Shown: positions 10,116 through 19,783 of the stretch, piece after piece | Position numbering within the stretch: the stretch's first letter is position 1 | Layout of the letters: each line of letters opens with the position of its first letter | Source of the DNA: Pseudomonadota bacterium | GTDB lineage: Bacteria > Myxococcota_A > Polyangia > Palsa-1104 > JAEUJZ01 | Direction of reading: 5' to 3' | Assembly (NCBI GenBank): GCA_035328405.1 | Contig: DAOLIT010000011.1 | Span: forward strand, 4,636 to 68,635 | Length of the DNA: 64,000 bases | Made by a program: the position numbers and the translations under genes | Notes under the pieces: model-generated | Database searches by the model: none | What the model saw: the letters and a program-made list of their open reading frames with translations, nothing else | Told to the model about the DNA's origin: nothing

Positions 10116-11454
10116 ATCACTTTTTGGACGGACTACACAGACTCTGTATGCTGCCCAGCATGCGCTGCTCAGGCAGCGTTACAGACTGTTTCGTTGGTTT
10201 CGTTCGAGTCGTTTTGGATGCGACCTGTCTCTGTTTCACGCGCCGGGAAGAAAAGGTCTTGTATCGATCGTTCTTCCCGTCAGAAACGGTGCCACTCTGC
10301 TTCCCCAAGCTATCGAGTCTGTACTTGCTCAGGATTACTCCCATTGGGAACTCCTGATCATCAACGATGGTTCTTCGGACGATACTCCGTATGTTTCAGA
10401 ATCCTACGCGGCCCGCGACAAGCGAATCCGAGTCTTGCATCAAGAGAATCGAAAAATTCCGCGTACTCTCTCCCGTGGTTTTCGTTTGGTCGAGGGCGAA
10501 TTTCTGACTTGGCTCAGTGCAGACAATCGGCTCCTGCCCAATTTTTGCAGACGCTTTGCCAGTTGTTTTTCCCGCCACCCCGCACTGGATGTGGCCTATG
10601 CAAATGAGGATCTCATTGATGCAAAGGGGGACCCCTATCAATCCAGTCCTCATTTTCCGTCGCATCAACATCCCAAAGGCAGCCACCACATTCATCTTCC
10701 CCATGACACGTCTGTTCTGCACGGCGATGGGAATTTTGTAGGTGCTGCGTTCATGTACAGGAGCCGGGTTGCCCATCTTTTGGGAGACTACAGCAAACAT
10801 CGTTTTACCGTCGAAGACTACGACTACTGGTTGCTCGCGAACACACTGCTAAGTGTCCATCACGTCGATTTTTTGGAGCCTATTTACGAATACCGCTTTC
10901 ATGAGGATTCCCTCACCTCACATGCAAAAGAGTTGCAAATACACAAAGCGCACAAACAGCTTTTGGAGTGGGATCGCTTTCGCCAGGCGTTGTCTCTTGC
11001 TCCCCTTGTGTTCGTTCTTGAAAGCGCGGATCGTGACAGTTTCTCGTCGGAAATAAACCACACTGCGCAGATTCTCCGGCAACTTGGTCACACTTTGCTC
11101 ACCTGCGATGAGTTGCCGAAGAATCGTTCCGAATCCAAAGTACCTGCCCTGTATCTTCAATTGGGGAGTCTGGAAGCTGGTTGCAAACCGCCTCCTTTGG
11201 ACCCATCGTTGTACGTATTTTCTGCGCTTCTTTTCGTCGGTGATATGCAGATTCCCCCCCCTTCTGTCCATCCGGCATGGGATGTTGCGTGGGTATGGGG
11301 CAATGCTCCCAACATACGCCTTGGATATGAAGCCACAGCGTACCAAGGACTCTGCTCTACCCCGGATTTGCCTACTCTGATTCGTGCGCTCGATTGTCGT
11401 GCGCGTGTCGAGTGGTTTCGACGGTTGGAAGACCGGCATTTCACACAGAACTAA
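10102..11454 (+). CDS. Family 2 glycosyltransferase with extended C-terminal domain
   Basis: VSIVLPVRNGATLLPQAIESVLAQDYSHWELLIINDGSSDDT is a classic GT2 (GT-A) N-terminal signature with the DxD-like NDGSSDD. Start at MSRAESL overlaps the wecB stop by 14 bp, suggesting translational coupling. Confidence 0.75.
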   Translation: MSRAESLFGRTTQTLYAAQHALLRQRYRLFRWFRSSRFGCDLSLFHAPGRKGLVSIVLPVRNGATLLPQAIESVLAQDYSHWELLIINDGSSDDTPYVSESYAARDKRIRVLHQENRKIPRTLSRGFRLVEGEFLTWLSADNRLLPNFCRRFASCFSRHPALDVAYANEDLIDAKGDPYQSSPHFPSHQHPKGSHHIHLPHDTSVLHGDGNFVGAAFMYRSRVAHLLGDYSKHRFTVEDYDYWLLANTLLSVHHVDFLEPIYEYRFHEDSLTSHAKELQIHKAHKQLLEWDRFRQALSLAPLVFVLESADRDSFSSEINHTAQILRQLGHTLLTCDELPKNRSESKVPALYLQLGSLEAGCKPPPLDPSLYVFSALLFVGDMQIPPPSVHPAWDVAWVWGNAPNIRLGYEATAYQGLCSTPDLPTLIRALDCRARVEWFRRLEDRHFTQN

Positions 11455-11521
11455 CTCGTTCCCACCGTCGGGGATATGCTGTGCTTTGTCCCCAAAGTTT
11501 GGGGATTGTCTTGTGCGGTGC

Positions 11522-12796
11522 TTACGACCAAGTGGGATTCCGAACACACACATGCAAACTCTGCTGAACGGCTCCCTCATGGGACATAGGTAGCGTGTCA
11601 ATGTTCCCAAAGCCACTTTCAGACAGCGCGTAATGCAACCCCTTTGCAACAACTGCATGGTCGCGCAGGACTGAAAAGGAACGAACATGCGGCGTATCAT
11701 CGCTCAACGTGGCGACGATGTTGCGCAAAAAACAGGCTTCGGGAACACAGTCCTGTATTTCCGAAAACACAAGCTGTTTGGGTTGCGACGATGAACACAC
11801 AAACGGAACTCGCAAAAAGTTGGACAAGTACGAATCCACAGCACGCTTGTCGCAAAATCCGCTCTTGGTTCCTTCCAGCACAGGTGCATCGAACAAAAAC
11901 AGATCCCACGGACGTGTGATTTTCGCGACCAAGTTGTCGAAAAAATCAGACGGATCATCCAGGTGGAAAACCGTGTCGAGTGCCACCACCAAACGCTGCC
12001 AATCGGGTGGCATACACGACAGGATTTCTTCATTTTGAGGCAGACCATAGTAGTCCGTCAGCAGCGCCAAACGCCGCACAGGATGCGCCCTCAAATCCGT
12101 CGCTGCGCGCAGACATGCCGCCCGCAACAGAACGTCATTGAGATCCACAAACCACAGTTGGATCGACAGTTTTTGGTTACGAAGCAGCTCGGAAATAAAA
12201 CGAACTTCCAGGAGTCCGTCACCTGTTCCCAACACGATCACAACCAGACCCTCCGTGGTTCGCTTTTGCGTGACCGCTTGTGCTGCCGCTGCGAATGGGA
12301 ATCCTTGCCGCCGAACACCGTGCTCCCACGAACACGTCAAATACTGAAGGTAGTTCGATGCGCTTTGCGGCAAAAGAAACAGAGAACTCAGCGGAATCAC
12401 CCCGGAATCCCCGGACACCACACGATCGAGACGCTGTAGTTCGCACAACCTGTCAAAGTCATCCGACCAAAACGTGGTAGGAGGGGCTTCATACACCTGC
12501 GGCGCAAACGGATCTTGCGATCTCAAGTGAGCCGGCACAGAGCCCGAGGTCTGAAAGCCGAGGATGGGCAACTGGAGCAGGCGGAGCAGTGTTTTTTTCG
12601 ACGGGCGGCAACGCTCGGTCTCGACAAATTTGATCGTCGCCTCCGAAACGCCCGACGCATGGGCCAGCTCTTTTCGAGACAAACCGACAGCTTCGCGCCT
12701 GATCCGAAGTGCTTGCCCGAAACTCTCGTCGTGGGAAAGGTTTTGAAACGTGGTCCGATCACTGCTGTTTTTCTCTCGTATCCAGTTGTGCATCAC
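11522..12796 (-). CDS. XRE-family HTH transcriptional regulator fused to a large C-terminal domain of unknown function (Rossmann-like G-x-G-x-G stretch)
   Basis: N-terminal HTH LRIRREAVGLSRKELAHASGVSEATIKFVE (XRE/Cro-type). C-terminal ~330 aa contain VVIVLGTGDGLLEV, which resembles motif I of SAM-dependent methyltransferases. Transcribed divergently from the alpha-2-macroglobulin gene. Confidence 0.55.
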   Translation of the reverse strand: MMHNWIREKNSSDRTTFQNLSHDESFGQALRIRREAVGLSRKELAHASGVSEATIKFVETERCRPSKKTLLRLLQLPILGFQTSGSVPAHLRSQDPFAPQVYEAPPTTFWSDDFDRLCELQRLDRVVSGDSGVIPLSSLFLLPQSASNYLQYLTCSWEHGVRRQGFPFAAAAQAVTQKRTTEGLVVIVLGTGDGLLEVRFISELLRNQKLSIQLWFVDLNDVLLRAACLRAATDLRAHPVRRLALLTDYYGLPQNEEILSCMPPDWQRLVVALDTVFHLDDPSDFFDNLVAKITRPWDLFLFDAPVLEGTKSGFCDKRAVDSYLSNFLRVPFVCSSSQPKQLVFSEIQDCVPEACFLRNIVATLSDDTPHVRSFSVLRDHAVVAKGLHYALSESGFGNIDTLPMSHEGAVQQSLHVCVRNPTWS

Positions 12797-12936
12797 AATC
12801 TCCGGGTGGTTCCTCTTGAGAAGCCGGAGGCTAATGCGTTTCCTTCGTTTGTTACAAAGGGCAGTCAGATATCAATGTGTCGATTTTTTCGGCGCGCCCG
12901 AGTGGGCCTAAAGACGCGACAAGCCCGCCAGAAAAA

Positions 12937-12974
12937 CCGGACCAGAGCTGCCCGACCCGAAAAGCCGGACCAGA
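12937..12974 (+). promoter_or_regulatory. Direct repeat (A)CCGGACCAGA x2, 28-bp register, in the divergent intergenic region between the XRE-fusion regulator and the A2M gene
   Basis: CCGGACCAGA at 12937-12946 and 12965-12974, ~40-75 bp upstream of the A2M start codon. Confidence 0.35.
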
Positions 12975-13013
12975 AACTGGGAACTTGAGGCCAGGGAGTT
13001 TGTCTGCCTCCCC

Positions 13014-16000
13014 ATGTCCACCACGCAGCGCATTTCACGCAAACACAGTTCTCCGTTTCGGCTCACATGGTTTCTGTTCTTCATCTCCTTTCTGAATGTC
13101 GCAACTCCCGATCGGATAGGACGCACACACGCCGAGAACAAGCCGAACAGAGAGGTCGGTGGTCTGGGTTTGTATGTGCGAGGGAGCGAATCGCTCACTC
13201 CAGGAACAGAGGCCGCGTTGCGTATCCAAGCGCACGCCGCACCGTCGGAGAACAGTTCCTTTCCAGTCGAGAATGTATCTGTAGAAGTTACGCTTTCGGG
13301 GGCCGGAAAGCACCAAGTCCTCGCGCGCGGCGTGACAGATCCACAGGGGAATATGAATACGCGTTTTCAGGTCCCCCTGTGGGCCAAGGGGAAGTATGTT
13401 CTCGCGGTTGAAGCCAGCGATTCCGTTCAAAAAACGACCCAAAAACACACGGTACAGTTGTCTGCTGCTGCGCGCATTTTGTTACAGACAGACAAACCCC
13501 TTTATCAACCCGGACAGACCGTACACTTGAGAGCGCTCTCTGTCCGTTCGCAGGATGGAAGACCTTTGCAATCGGGGACGATCCGCTTCACCGTACAGGA
13601 TTCACGAGACAATCGAATTTTCATTCGGGAACAACCGGTCTCGATGTTTGGAATTGCGTCCACAGATGTTCCGTTGGCCGAGGAACTGCTGTTGGGAAAG
13701 TACTCCGCACGAGCGGAATTGCTCGGAATCACGGAACGATCCGCGACATCCGAAGTTGCCGTACCATTTGAGATCTCCCGGTACGTACTTCCCAAGATTC
13801 GTGTGTCTGTGACACCGCACAAGAAGTTCGCGCTACCCGGAACAGATGTGTCCTTTTCCATTGCAGCGAACTACTTTCAGGGCAAACCGGTTCCACTTGC
13901 GGAGGTGATCATTCGCGCACAGATTCAGTCTCCCCATGCTCCTTCCCCTCTTCCTATGGTGCATGGGAGACTGGATGCAAATGGAAAACAAGACTTCCGT
14001 TTGTCTCTCCCAAAAGAGATTCAGGGGGAAGGACAGAACCTGCTCGTTTCGGCTGTGGTGAAGGACGCGGCCAACCAGCGAGCAGAAACAGGAATCGAGT
14101 TTCCCATTGTGACAAAACCCGTGCAAATCGATGTGGTTCCAGAGGCCGGTCAGGTCATCCCTTCGGTTCCAAACCAAGTGTACGTTGTTGCGGCATATCC
14201 CGACGGTAGTGGGGCTGAACAGGCAAGCGTTTCATTTTCGCTTCCTCACCTGAAAAGTAGGCCTGTAATTGCCATGACCGATCCCATGGGAATAGCCACC
14301 TTTTCGATCGAAAAGTGGATCACAGGAGACAAAAACCTGGATTCCAAAGGATGTGCTCCGCACGAAATCCAGACCCAAATTTCTGTGACTTTGAAGGAGG
14401 GCAGTCGGCTGGAAGAAAAACGCTGCCTTCCATTGCGAAAAGATGGCGGCTTGCTTTTGCGGTCGGATCGGGCGGTGTACGCGCGGGGACAGACAATGGA
14501 ACTGACTGTGTTCGTTCCCGGCGTCAAGCAGGGGCAGTGTTTCGTGGATGTGCTTCGCGACAAACAACAGCAAGAAGCGCTGACGATTCCGATTGCAAAT
14601 GGGCATGGGAAAATCACACACACGGTGTCCGATCGCATGGCCGGAACGGTGTCGCTGCTTGCGTATGTCATCGGAGAAGATGGGCGCAAATGGAAGGATT
14701 CACGGCTTGTGTATGTTGAGCGACCCTCTGCTTTGCGGGTGAGTGCGCATACAGAGACTGAAGATGGTCAGATGAATCCCACGCTTCGTCCGGGGCAACA
14801 CACAAAACTGAAACTTCGTGTTCTCGACGCTCAAACAGGGGTTGGGGTCCATGCCGCACTGGGTTTGGTGATGGTCGATGAAGCACTTTTGGCACTCCGA
14901 CCTCTTCGACCGGGGCTTGTTCGCACATACTTCACATTGAGTGAACAGGCGCGGAAGGCTGCGGAGAAGAACCGTGTGACTCCCAATGGCTACAAGATCG
15001 ATGCACTGGTCGAAAAGGGGTCCCTGACAGACTACGAACAGGAGGTCGCAAAGTTGCTGTTGGCTGGCGCAACAGCACCTTGGGAGGATGGATGGGAGAC
15101 CGATCCATGGCAGGAACGAATCACCGCAACCCAAGAACTGACGAAGAAATGGGGCATTGCGTTGGAACGGTACTCAACCACTCATTTGTTGGGGGAACGC
15201 GATCCCAAGCAGGCGGGAAGCTTTCGGTATCAGGTTGCGTTGCCTTCTCTTCTGCGTGCGTCCGGCTTTCTGTCTGCGTCGGAATTGGTCGATCCATATC
15301 GACGCCCACTCACGACGGAAAAATTGATTGAGGCCGCCGATTTTCCCGAATTTCCTGAATATGCACAGTTCTCCCTTGATCGGAAACTGAGTGCGATCTA
15401 TGGCGCGTTGCAAAAGCAAGTGACCGCGGATGTGAAGGCAGGAAAAAGGACCAAGGACGTGGATGGTTCGGTCCTCCTTTCGGATGCAGATCTGGCAGGG
15501 TTTTCCGGTTTTGCTCTGCTCGATCCTTGGGGTGTCCGACTGCGGCTGCACACGCGAAAAAGGCCGCACAAAGTACATTCTCTGTTGTCCCGACAGGTCA
15601 TTCAATCGGCTGGCCCTGATGGACTATTTGGAACCAAAGACGATTTGTTTCCCTCGGACAATACCTGCTTTCACCATACTTGCCGACCAGACTCCCGAAT
15701 CACTGTTGTCGGGGTGTCTGCTTCGGATGCGTTTTCGGCGGTGCAAATGGGTTGCGGCTGTGGATACGGAAGTGCCAGTGGTGCACTAGGTGCAGCGAGC
15801 CATCGGACGCATGTTGTGTACAGCCGAACGTCGATCGCAGAGATAGGAGGATTAGGAGCGAAAAAGGACTCCGTGCGAAGTCAATTCCCGGAAACACTTC
15901 TTTATCGTCCTGAAGTAATCACAGATGAAAAAGGGGAAGCTGTGATTCCCTTGCAAATGGCCGATTCGATCACAACGTGGCGATTGCTTGCCGACGCTGT

Positions 16001-18041
16001 TTCGCAGGATGGAAGGTTGGGAACTCTGTTTATGGGAATCCCCGTCATCCAGGATTTCTTTGTGGATCTGGATGTGCCTCCGCTGGTCACACAGCATGAT
16101 GAGCTGGCGATTCCTGTTCCGGTGTTCAATCACCTGACGATTCCGCAAACTGTCACATTGACTCTGCACTCCGAACCCTGGTTTCAGCCCATGGGAACGC
16201 TGAGCGAGACGATTCAACTATCTGCCGGCCAATCCGGTGTCCGGTTTTTCAAGATCAAAGCCATGCAAGTGGGAAAGCAGGTCTTGAAGGTATCCGCAAA
16301 GGGGTCTTCCGTTTCGGACGCAGTAGAACGACCTGTACAGGTCTTCCCCGACGGCATAGAGCAGCTTGTGAGCGCCCAGGAACGTCTCGCTGGGCCTTCT
16401 GTTTCTCATGACCTTTCGCTCCCCGCGATGACCATTCCGGGAACCAGTGAATTGATGCTGAAATTGTATCCGGCACCGACTTCCCATGTTGTAGAGGGGT
16501 TGGATTCCCTGCTGCGGATGCCGCACGGTTGCTTTGAACAGACTTCCTCGACCACGTATCCCAATGCGTTGATCTTGCAATACTTGCGGAAGACCCGCCG
16601 GAATACTCCTTCGATCGAGCGAAAAGCGTTGGAGTATTTGCAAACGGGATATCAAAAACTGCTCTCGTTTGAGGTGCCTGGAGGCGGCTTTTCCTGGTTT
16701 GGGAATGCACCGGCTCACAAAGTACTGACAGCCTATGGCTTGGAAGAATTTGCAGACATGTCTTTGGTGCTTTCGATCGATCCGAAAGTGCTTGCGCGCA
16801 CGCAGAAGTGGTTGGCTTCTCAACAGAAAACCGATGGGAGTTTTGATCCGGATCATTCCGGGATTCGAGAGGGTGCCATCAATGCCATCACGGACGACAC
16901 ACTTCGCACGACGACTTATGTTGCGCTGGCGATTGCAAAGACGGATTCAAAGGGAATGTACAAATCTGTTGTGGAAAAGGCCCGAGAGTATGCACGGAAA
17001 CGTCTCGCAGAAAAGATACCGAGCGATGCGTACACGTTGTCTCTTGTTGCTGAATTTTTGGGACCACGGTTTGTTCCCAAAACGGCAAGTGGATTTTCTG
17101 GCTCACCCCTTGTGGAACAACTATGGTCTTTGCACAAAGTCGATCGAGATGGACGGTCGGTGTTTTTTTCTCCAGAGACGACAACACCCACCTATGGGAA
17201 GGGCAAATCAGCGACGATAGAAACAACGGCGCTGGCTGCAACGGCACTGCATTTGGGTGATCAACGGAGTCGTAGCGGACAGGCCTTGTCCTATTTGGTC
17301 TCTGCGAAGGATTCCTTTGGAACTTGGCATTCCACACAGGCTACCATTCGCTCTTTGAAAACACTCCTTTTGCTTCAGGAGGTCGAACAGAGTACGGCGA
17401 CTGGTAGGGTCGAAGTGTTCTTGGATGGATCGAAATTCACGACGATGGAACTGAATAAAAAGGAAGACAGCATGCGGTTGGTTTCCTTTCCTTCGCCATC
17501 GCTTGGAAAACACAAAGTAGAACTTCGATATGCGGGAACTGGTGTGTTGGACTATCAACTTGTGCTCAGGTATTACACGCCGCACATGAAAAATTCAGAC
17601 ACCCCAAAACAGCCCTTGATGGCTGTTGGAAACGCACCCCTTTCGATGCGTGTGGAGTTGTCTGCAACGGCCCTCACCGTAGACGAAGTGCTCGTGCAAC
17701 ATGTCTTCCTCAAGGCAGGGGAAGAAGTCATGATGCCGCTTGTGCAAGTGGGGGTTCCGCCAGGATTCACAGTCGAAAAACCGGTGTTGGACGGATGGGT
17801 TGCTGAGGGCCGGATCGAAAAATATGAAGTGAGTACACGCTCTGTGAATCTGTATCTGCGAAGACTGGGAGCGAATGAGGAAAGGAAACTTTCCGTCAGC
17901 ATGACTGCGCTCAATCCGGGCCGTGTTCAGATTCCACAAACCACTGCATACCCTTACTACGAACCCGAACAGACCATCCAAACAGAGCCGATGATGATCA
18001 CGGTGACGGAACCTAAACCAGAAACAACTCCTTTTCGATAA
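13014..18041 (+). CDS. Bacterial alpha-2-macroglobulin family protein (thioester-containing protease trap)
   Basis: 1675 aa with signal peptide. Thioester motif region RMPHGCFEQTSSTTYPNALILQYL (CxEQ). Length and MG-domain-like repeats are typical of ECAM-type A2M proteins. Confidence 0.85.
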   Translation: MSTTQRISRKHSSPFRLTWFLFFISFLNVATPDRIGRTHAENKPNREVGGLGLYVRGSESLTPGTEAALRIQAHAAPSENSSFPVENVSVEVTLSGAGKHQVLARGVTDPQGNMNTRFQVPLWAKGKYVLAVEASDSVQKTTQKHTVQLSAAARILLQTDKPLYQPGQTVHLRALSVRSQDGRPLQSGTIRFTVQDSRDNRIFIREQPVSMFGIASTDVPLAEELLLGKYSARAELLGITERSATSEVAVPFEISRYVLPKIRVSVTPHKKFALPGTDVSFSIAANYFQGKPVPLAEVIIRAQIQSPHAPSPLPMVHGRLDANGKQDFRLSLPKEIQGEGQNLLVSAVVKDAANQRAETGIEFPIVTKPVQIDVVPEAGQVIPSVPNQVYVVAAYPDGSGAEQASVSFSLPHLKSRPVIAMTDPMGIATFSIEKWITGDKNLDSKGCAPHEIQTQISVTLKEGSRLEEKRCLPLRKDGGLLLRSDRAVYARGQTMELTVFVPGVKQGQCFVDVLRDKQQQEALTIPIANGHGKITHTVSDRMAGTVSLLAYVIGEDGRKWKDSRLVYVERPSALRVSAHTETEDGQMNPTLRPGQHTKLKLRVLDAQTGVGVHAALGLVMVDEALLALRPLRPGLVRTYFTLSEQARKAAEKNRVTPNGYKIDALVEKGSLTDYEQEVAKLLLAGATAPWEDGWETDPWQERITATQELTKKWGIALERYSTTHLLGERDPKQAGSFRYQVALPSLLRASGFLSASELVDPYRRPLTTEKLIEAADFPEFPEYAQFSLDRKLSAIYGALQKQVTADVKAGKRTKDVDGSVLLSDADLAGFSGFALLDPWGVRLRLHTRKRPHKVHSLLSRQVIQSAGPDGLFGTKDDLFPSDNTCFHHTCRPDSRITVVGVSASDAFSAVQMGCGCGYGSASGALGAASHRTHVVYSRTSIAEIGGLGAKKDSVRSQFPETLLYRPEVITDEKGEAVIPLQMADSITTWRLLADAVSQDGRLGTLFMGIPVIQDFFVDLDVPPLVTQHDELAIPVPVFNHLTIPQTVTLTLHSEPWFQPMGTLSETIQLSAGQSGVRFFKIKAMQVGKQVLKVSAKGSSVSDAVERPVQVFPDGIEQLVSAQERLAGPSVSHDLSLPAMTIPGTSELMLKLYPAPTSHVVEGLDSLLRMPHGCFEQTSSTTYPNALILQYLRKTRRNTPSIERKALEYLQTGYQKLLSFEVPGGGFSWFGNAPAHKVLTAYGLEEFADMSLVLSIDPKVLARTQKWLASQQKTDGSFDPDHSGIREGAINAITDDTLRTTTYVALAIAKTDSKGMYKSVVEKAREYARKRLAEKIPSDAYTLSLVAEFLGPRFVPKTASGFSGSPLVEQLWSLHKVDRDGRSVFFSPETTTPTYGKGKSATIETTALAATALHLGDQRSRSGQALSYLVSAKDSFGTWHSTQATIRSLKTLLLLQEVEQSTATGRVEVFLDGSKFTTMELNKKEDSMRLVSFPSPSLGKHKVELRYAGTGVLDYQLVLRYYTPHMKNSDTPKQPLMAVGNAPLSMRVELSATALTVDEVLVQHVFLKAGEEVMMPLVQVGVPPGFTVEKPVLDGWVAEGRIEKYEVSTRSVNLYLRRLGANEERKLSVSMTALNPGRVQIPQTTAYPYYEPEQTIQTEPMMITVTEPKPETTPFR

Positions 18042-19119
18042 GTTCCGTCACACTGGTGCGCAGGTCGTGGCGACCTCCTACCCAACGATAGAGAGCTTGC
18101 ACGATCGGGAGATTGATGCGGAGCCGCTGGGCGTGCATGTGTCCTTCGCGAATCATATTGAGTGCATCACATGCGCGATCAATTTGTCGCGCAGCCTCTC
18201 CCAAAGAGGCTCCTTTTCCGATGAGTTTTCCGAGCTGGAAATCAGGCGATCCCCGTCGCTCAGTTGCAACGACAAGTTCGCCCAAACCGGCGGGTCCTTG
18301 CAGGGTTTTGTCTTGCCCACCAAAGGCTGCCGCGAGTCTTCCCATTTCTGCTGAACCGCGTGCAATCAGGAGTGAACGGACAGCCGGGCCAAGTTCCATG
18401 GCTTCAGCGACGCCTATCGCAAAACAGTAGACCCCCACGAGCGCGCGGGCGACCTCGACACCGATCAAATCAGAGGAAGTATACAGCCGTACATGAGGCC
18501 CATGCAGGGCTTGGTGGAGCAGTGCTCCCACTTCGGGATGGGCACTTCCACACACCAAGGCAACGGGCACGTCTTCTTCCAAATCTTCAGCGAGCGCGGG
18601 TCCTGCCAGCACCCCCAACAGTGTCAGGGGTGTTTCGCGTTTGATCAGTTCAGATACCGGCAGCATGGAATGTCGTCCGGCCCCCTCGACGGGCGCAAAA
18701 CTTCCAATCGCGTGAACGATCGCTTGTTCGGGGGTCAGAACACCAGCCAAACTTTTCAGCAACGGCTTTACCTTCGACGCGGGGACAGCCAAAACAAGTA
18801 TGTCTGCGTCACGCAGTTCAGCGATGTCGATCGAATCGGCGTATACCTCGCCCGCTGCAAACATCAGCGCATCCGCCGTCATTTGCAGGGTCTCATCCCC
18901 ACCCGCAGAAGGGGTCTTTTTTGTTGGGAAAACAGGAACGCGAAGGTTCATTTCTGATGGCTCGGCAAACGTCGCGAGCCGGGGCAAATCGGGCGGGGGT
19001 TGATACAACATGGCGCGTCGAATCCGAGACCGCCAAAGCTTCTGGTTGTGCTTGAGGCGCACCGAGAGTGCTCGCGCCCAACGACCATTGCCGATCACGG
19101 CAATCGAAACCGCTTTCAT
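18013..19119 (-). CDS. GpsA-like NAD(P)H-dependent glycerol-3-phosphate dehydrogenase homolog (possibly degenerate)
   Basis: Collinear similarity to GpsA: AGLGELVVAT vs AGLGDLVLTC, LIARGSAEMGRLAAAFGG vs LITRGLAEMSRLGAALGA, DLIGVEV vs DFIGVQL. The N-terminal dinucleotide motif is weakened (VIGNGRWARA). The position of the conserved catalytic Lys (GAVKNV) reads ARALVGV. The 3' end overlaps the A2M 3' end convergently by 29 bp. Confidence 0.6.
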   Translation of the reverse strand: MKAVSIAVIGNGRWARALSVRLKHNQKLWRSRIRRAMLYQPPPDLPRLATFAEPSEMNLRVPVFPTKKTPSAGGDETLQMTADALMFAAGEVYADSIDIAELRDADILVLAVPASKVKPLLKSLAGVLTPEQAIVHAIGSFAPVEGAGRHSMLPVSELIKRETPLTLLGVLAGPALAEDLEEDVPVALVCGSAHPEVGALLHQALHGPHVRLYTSSDLIGVEVARALVGVYCFAIGVAEAMELGPAVRSLLIARGSAEMGRLAAAFGGQDKTLQGPAGLGELVVATERRGSPDFQLGKLIGKGASLGEAARQIDRACDALNMIREGHMHAQRLRINLPIVQALYRWVGGRHDLRTSVTELIEKELFLV

Positions 19120-19356
19120 CCTCTTGTCCCCCCATTCGAGCGTGTTTGCCCAAAAAACACGGCACCATTATAGGGAAACCCCCCGTTGGCTTCTATGTTT
19201 GCTGTACCTCCGGTCGCGCAAGGCAGAGGGAATGTGCACACATGGCAGGGCATCACCGACACCGAATGCAGGTTTATGCACGTTCAGGAGGGGGAAAACG
19301 GGGAATGTGAAAAAAGGCAATGCGGGAGGGCAGCCCTACAAAGAGGAGATGCGCCT

Positions 19357-19764
19357 TCAGACCGGGGAACTGTTCTTGCTGCGTGGCGCGCCGGACTTGG
19401 ATGCCCACATATCATCTGTCGGTCGCACAGTTCGCTTTTTCTCGGGGGGGTCGTTTCCAGAACCAATGGGCTTCGCAGTCGCCGCTTGAGACAGCGCCGT
19501 CCCCGCAGCCTGTTTTGGCGCTTTCGCCATCGGGCGGTTGCTGGACGCCAAGGAGAAACCATCACGTTTCCCCTCGTCAGGATCTGGCCCGGAACTCCCT
19601 GGTTGTGCTTCATCGGAAGAGTCCTCGGTGTCTCCTTCTCCGTGCACGTACTGACGTGGCTGCGCGATTGGTACAGTAGACACCCGACGGGCAGTCGTGG
19701 CGGGACCACTGTGTTCATGAACCAGTTCTCCAACCGGCGCGGTGAAACTTCTCTTGTCGGACAT
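19357..19764 (-). CDS. Hypothetical low-complexity acidic/Pro-Ser-rich small protein
   Basis: ORF only; sits between the kinase-FGE gene and gpsA-like on the same strand. Compositionally biased and could be non-coding. Confidence 0.2.
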   Translation of the reverse strand: MSDKRSFTAPVGELVHEHSGPATTARRVSTVPIAQPRQYVHGEGDTEDSSDEAQPGSSGPDPDEGKRDGFSLASSNRPMAKAPKQAAGTALSQAATAKPIGSGNDPPEKKRTVRPTDDMWASKSGAPRSKNSSPV

Positions 19765-19783
19765 GCTTTGTCGCTCCTTCCCT

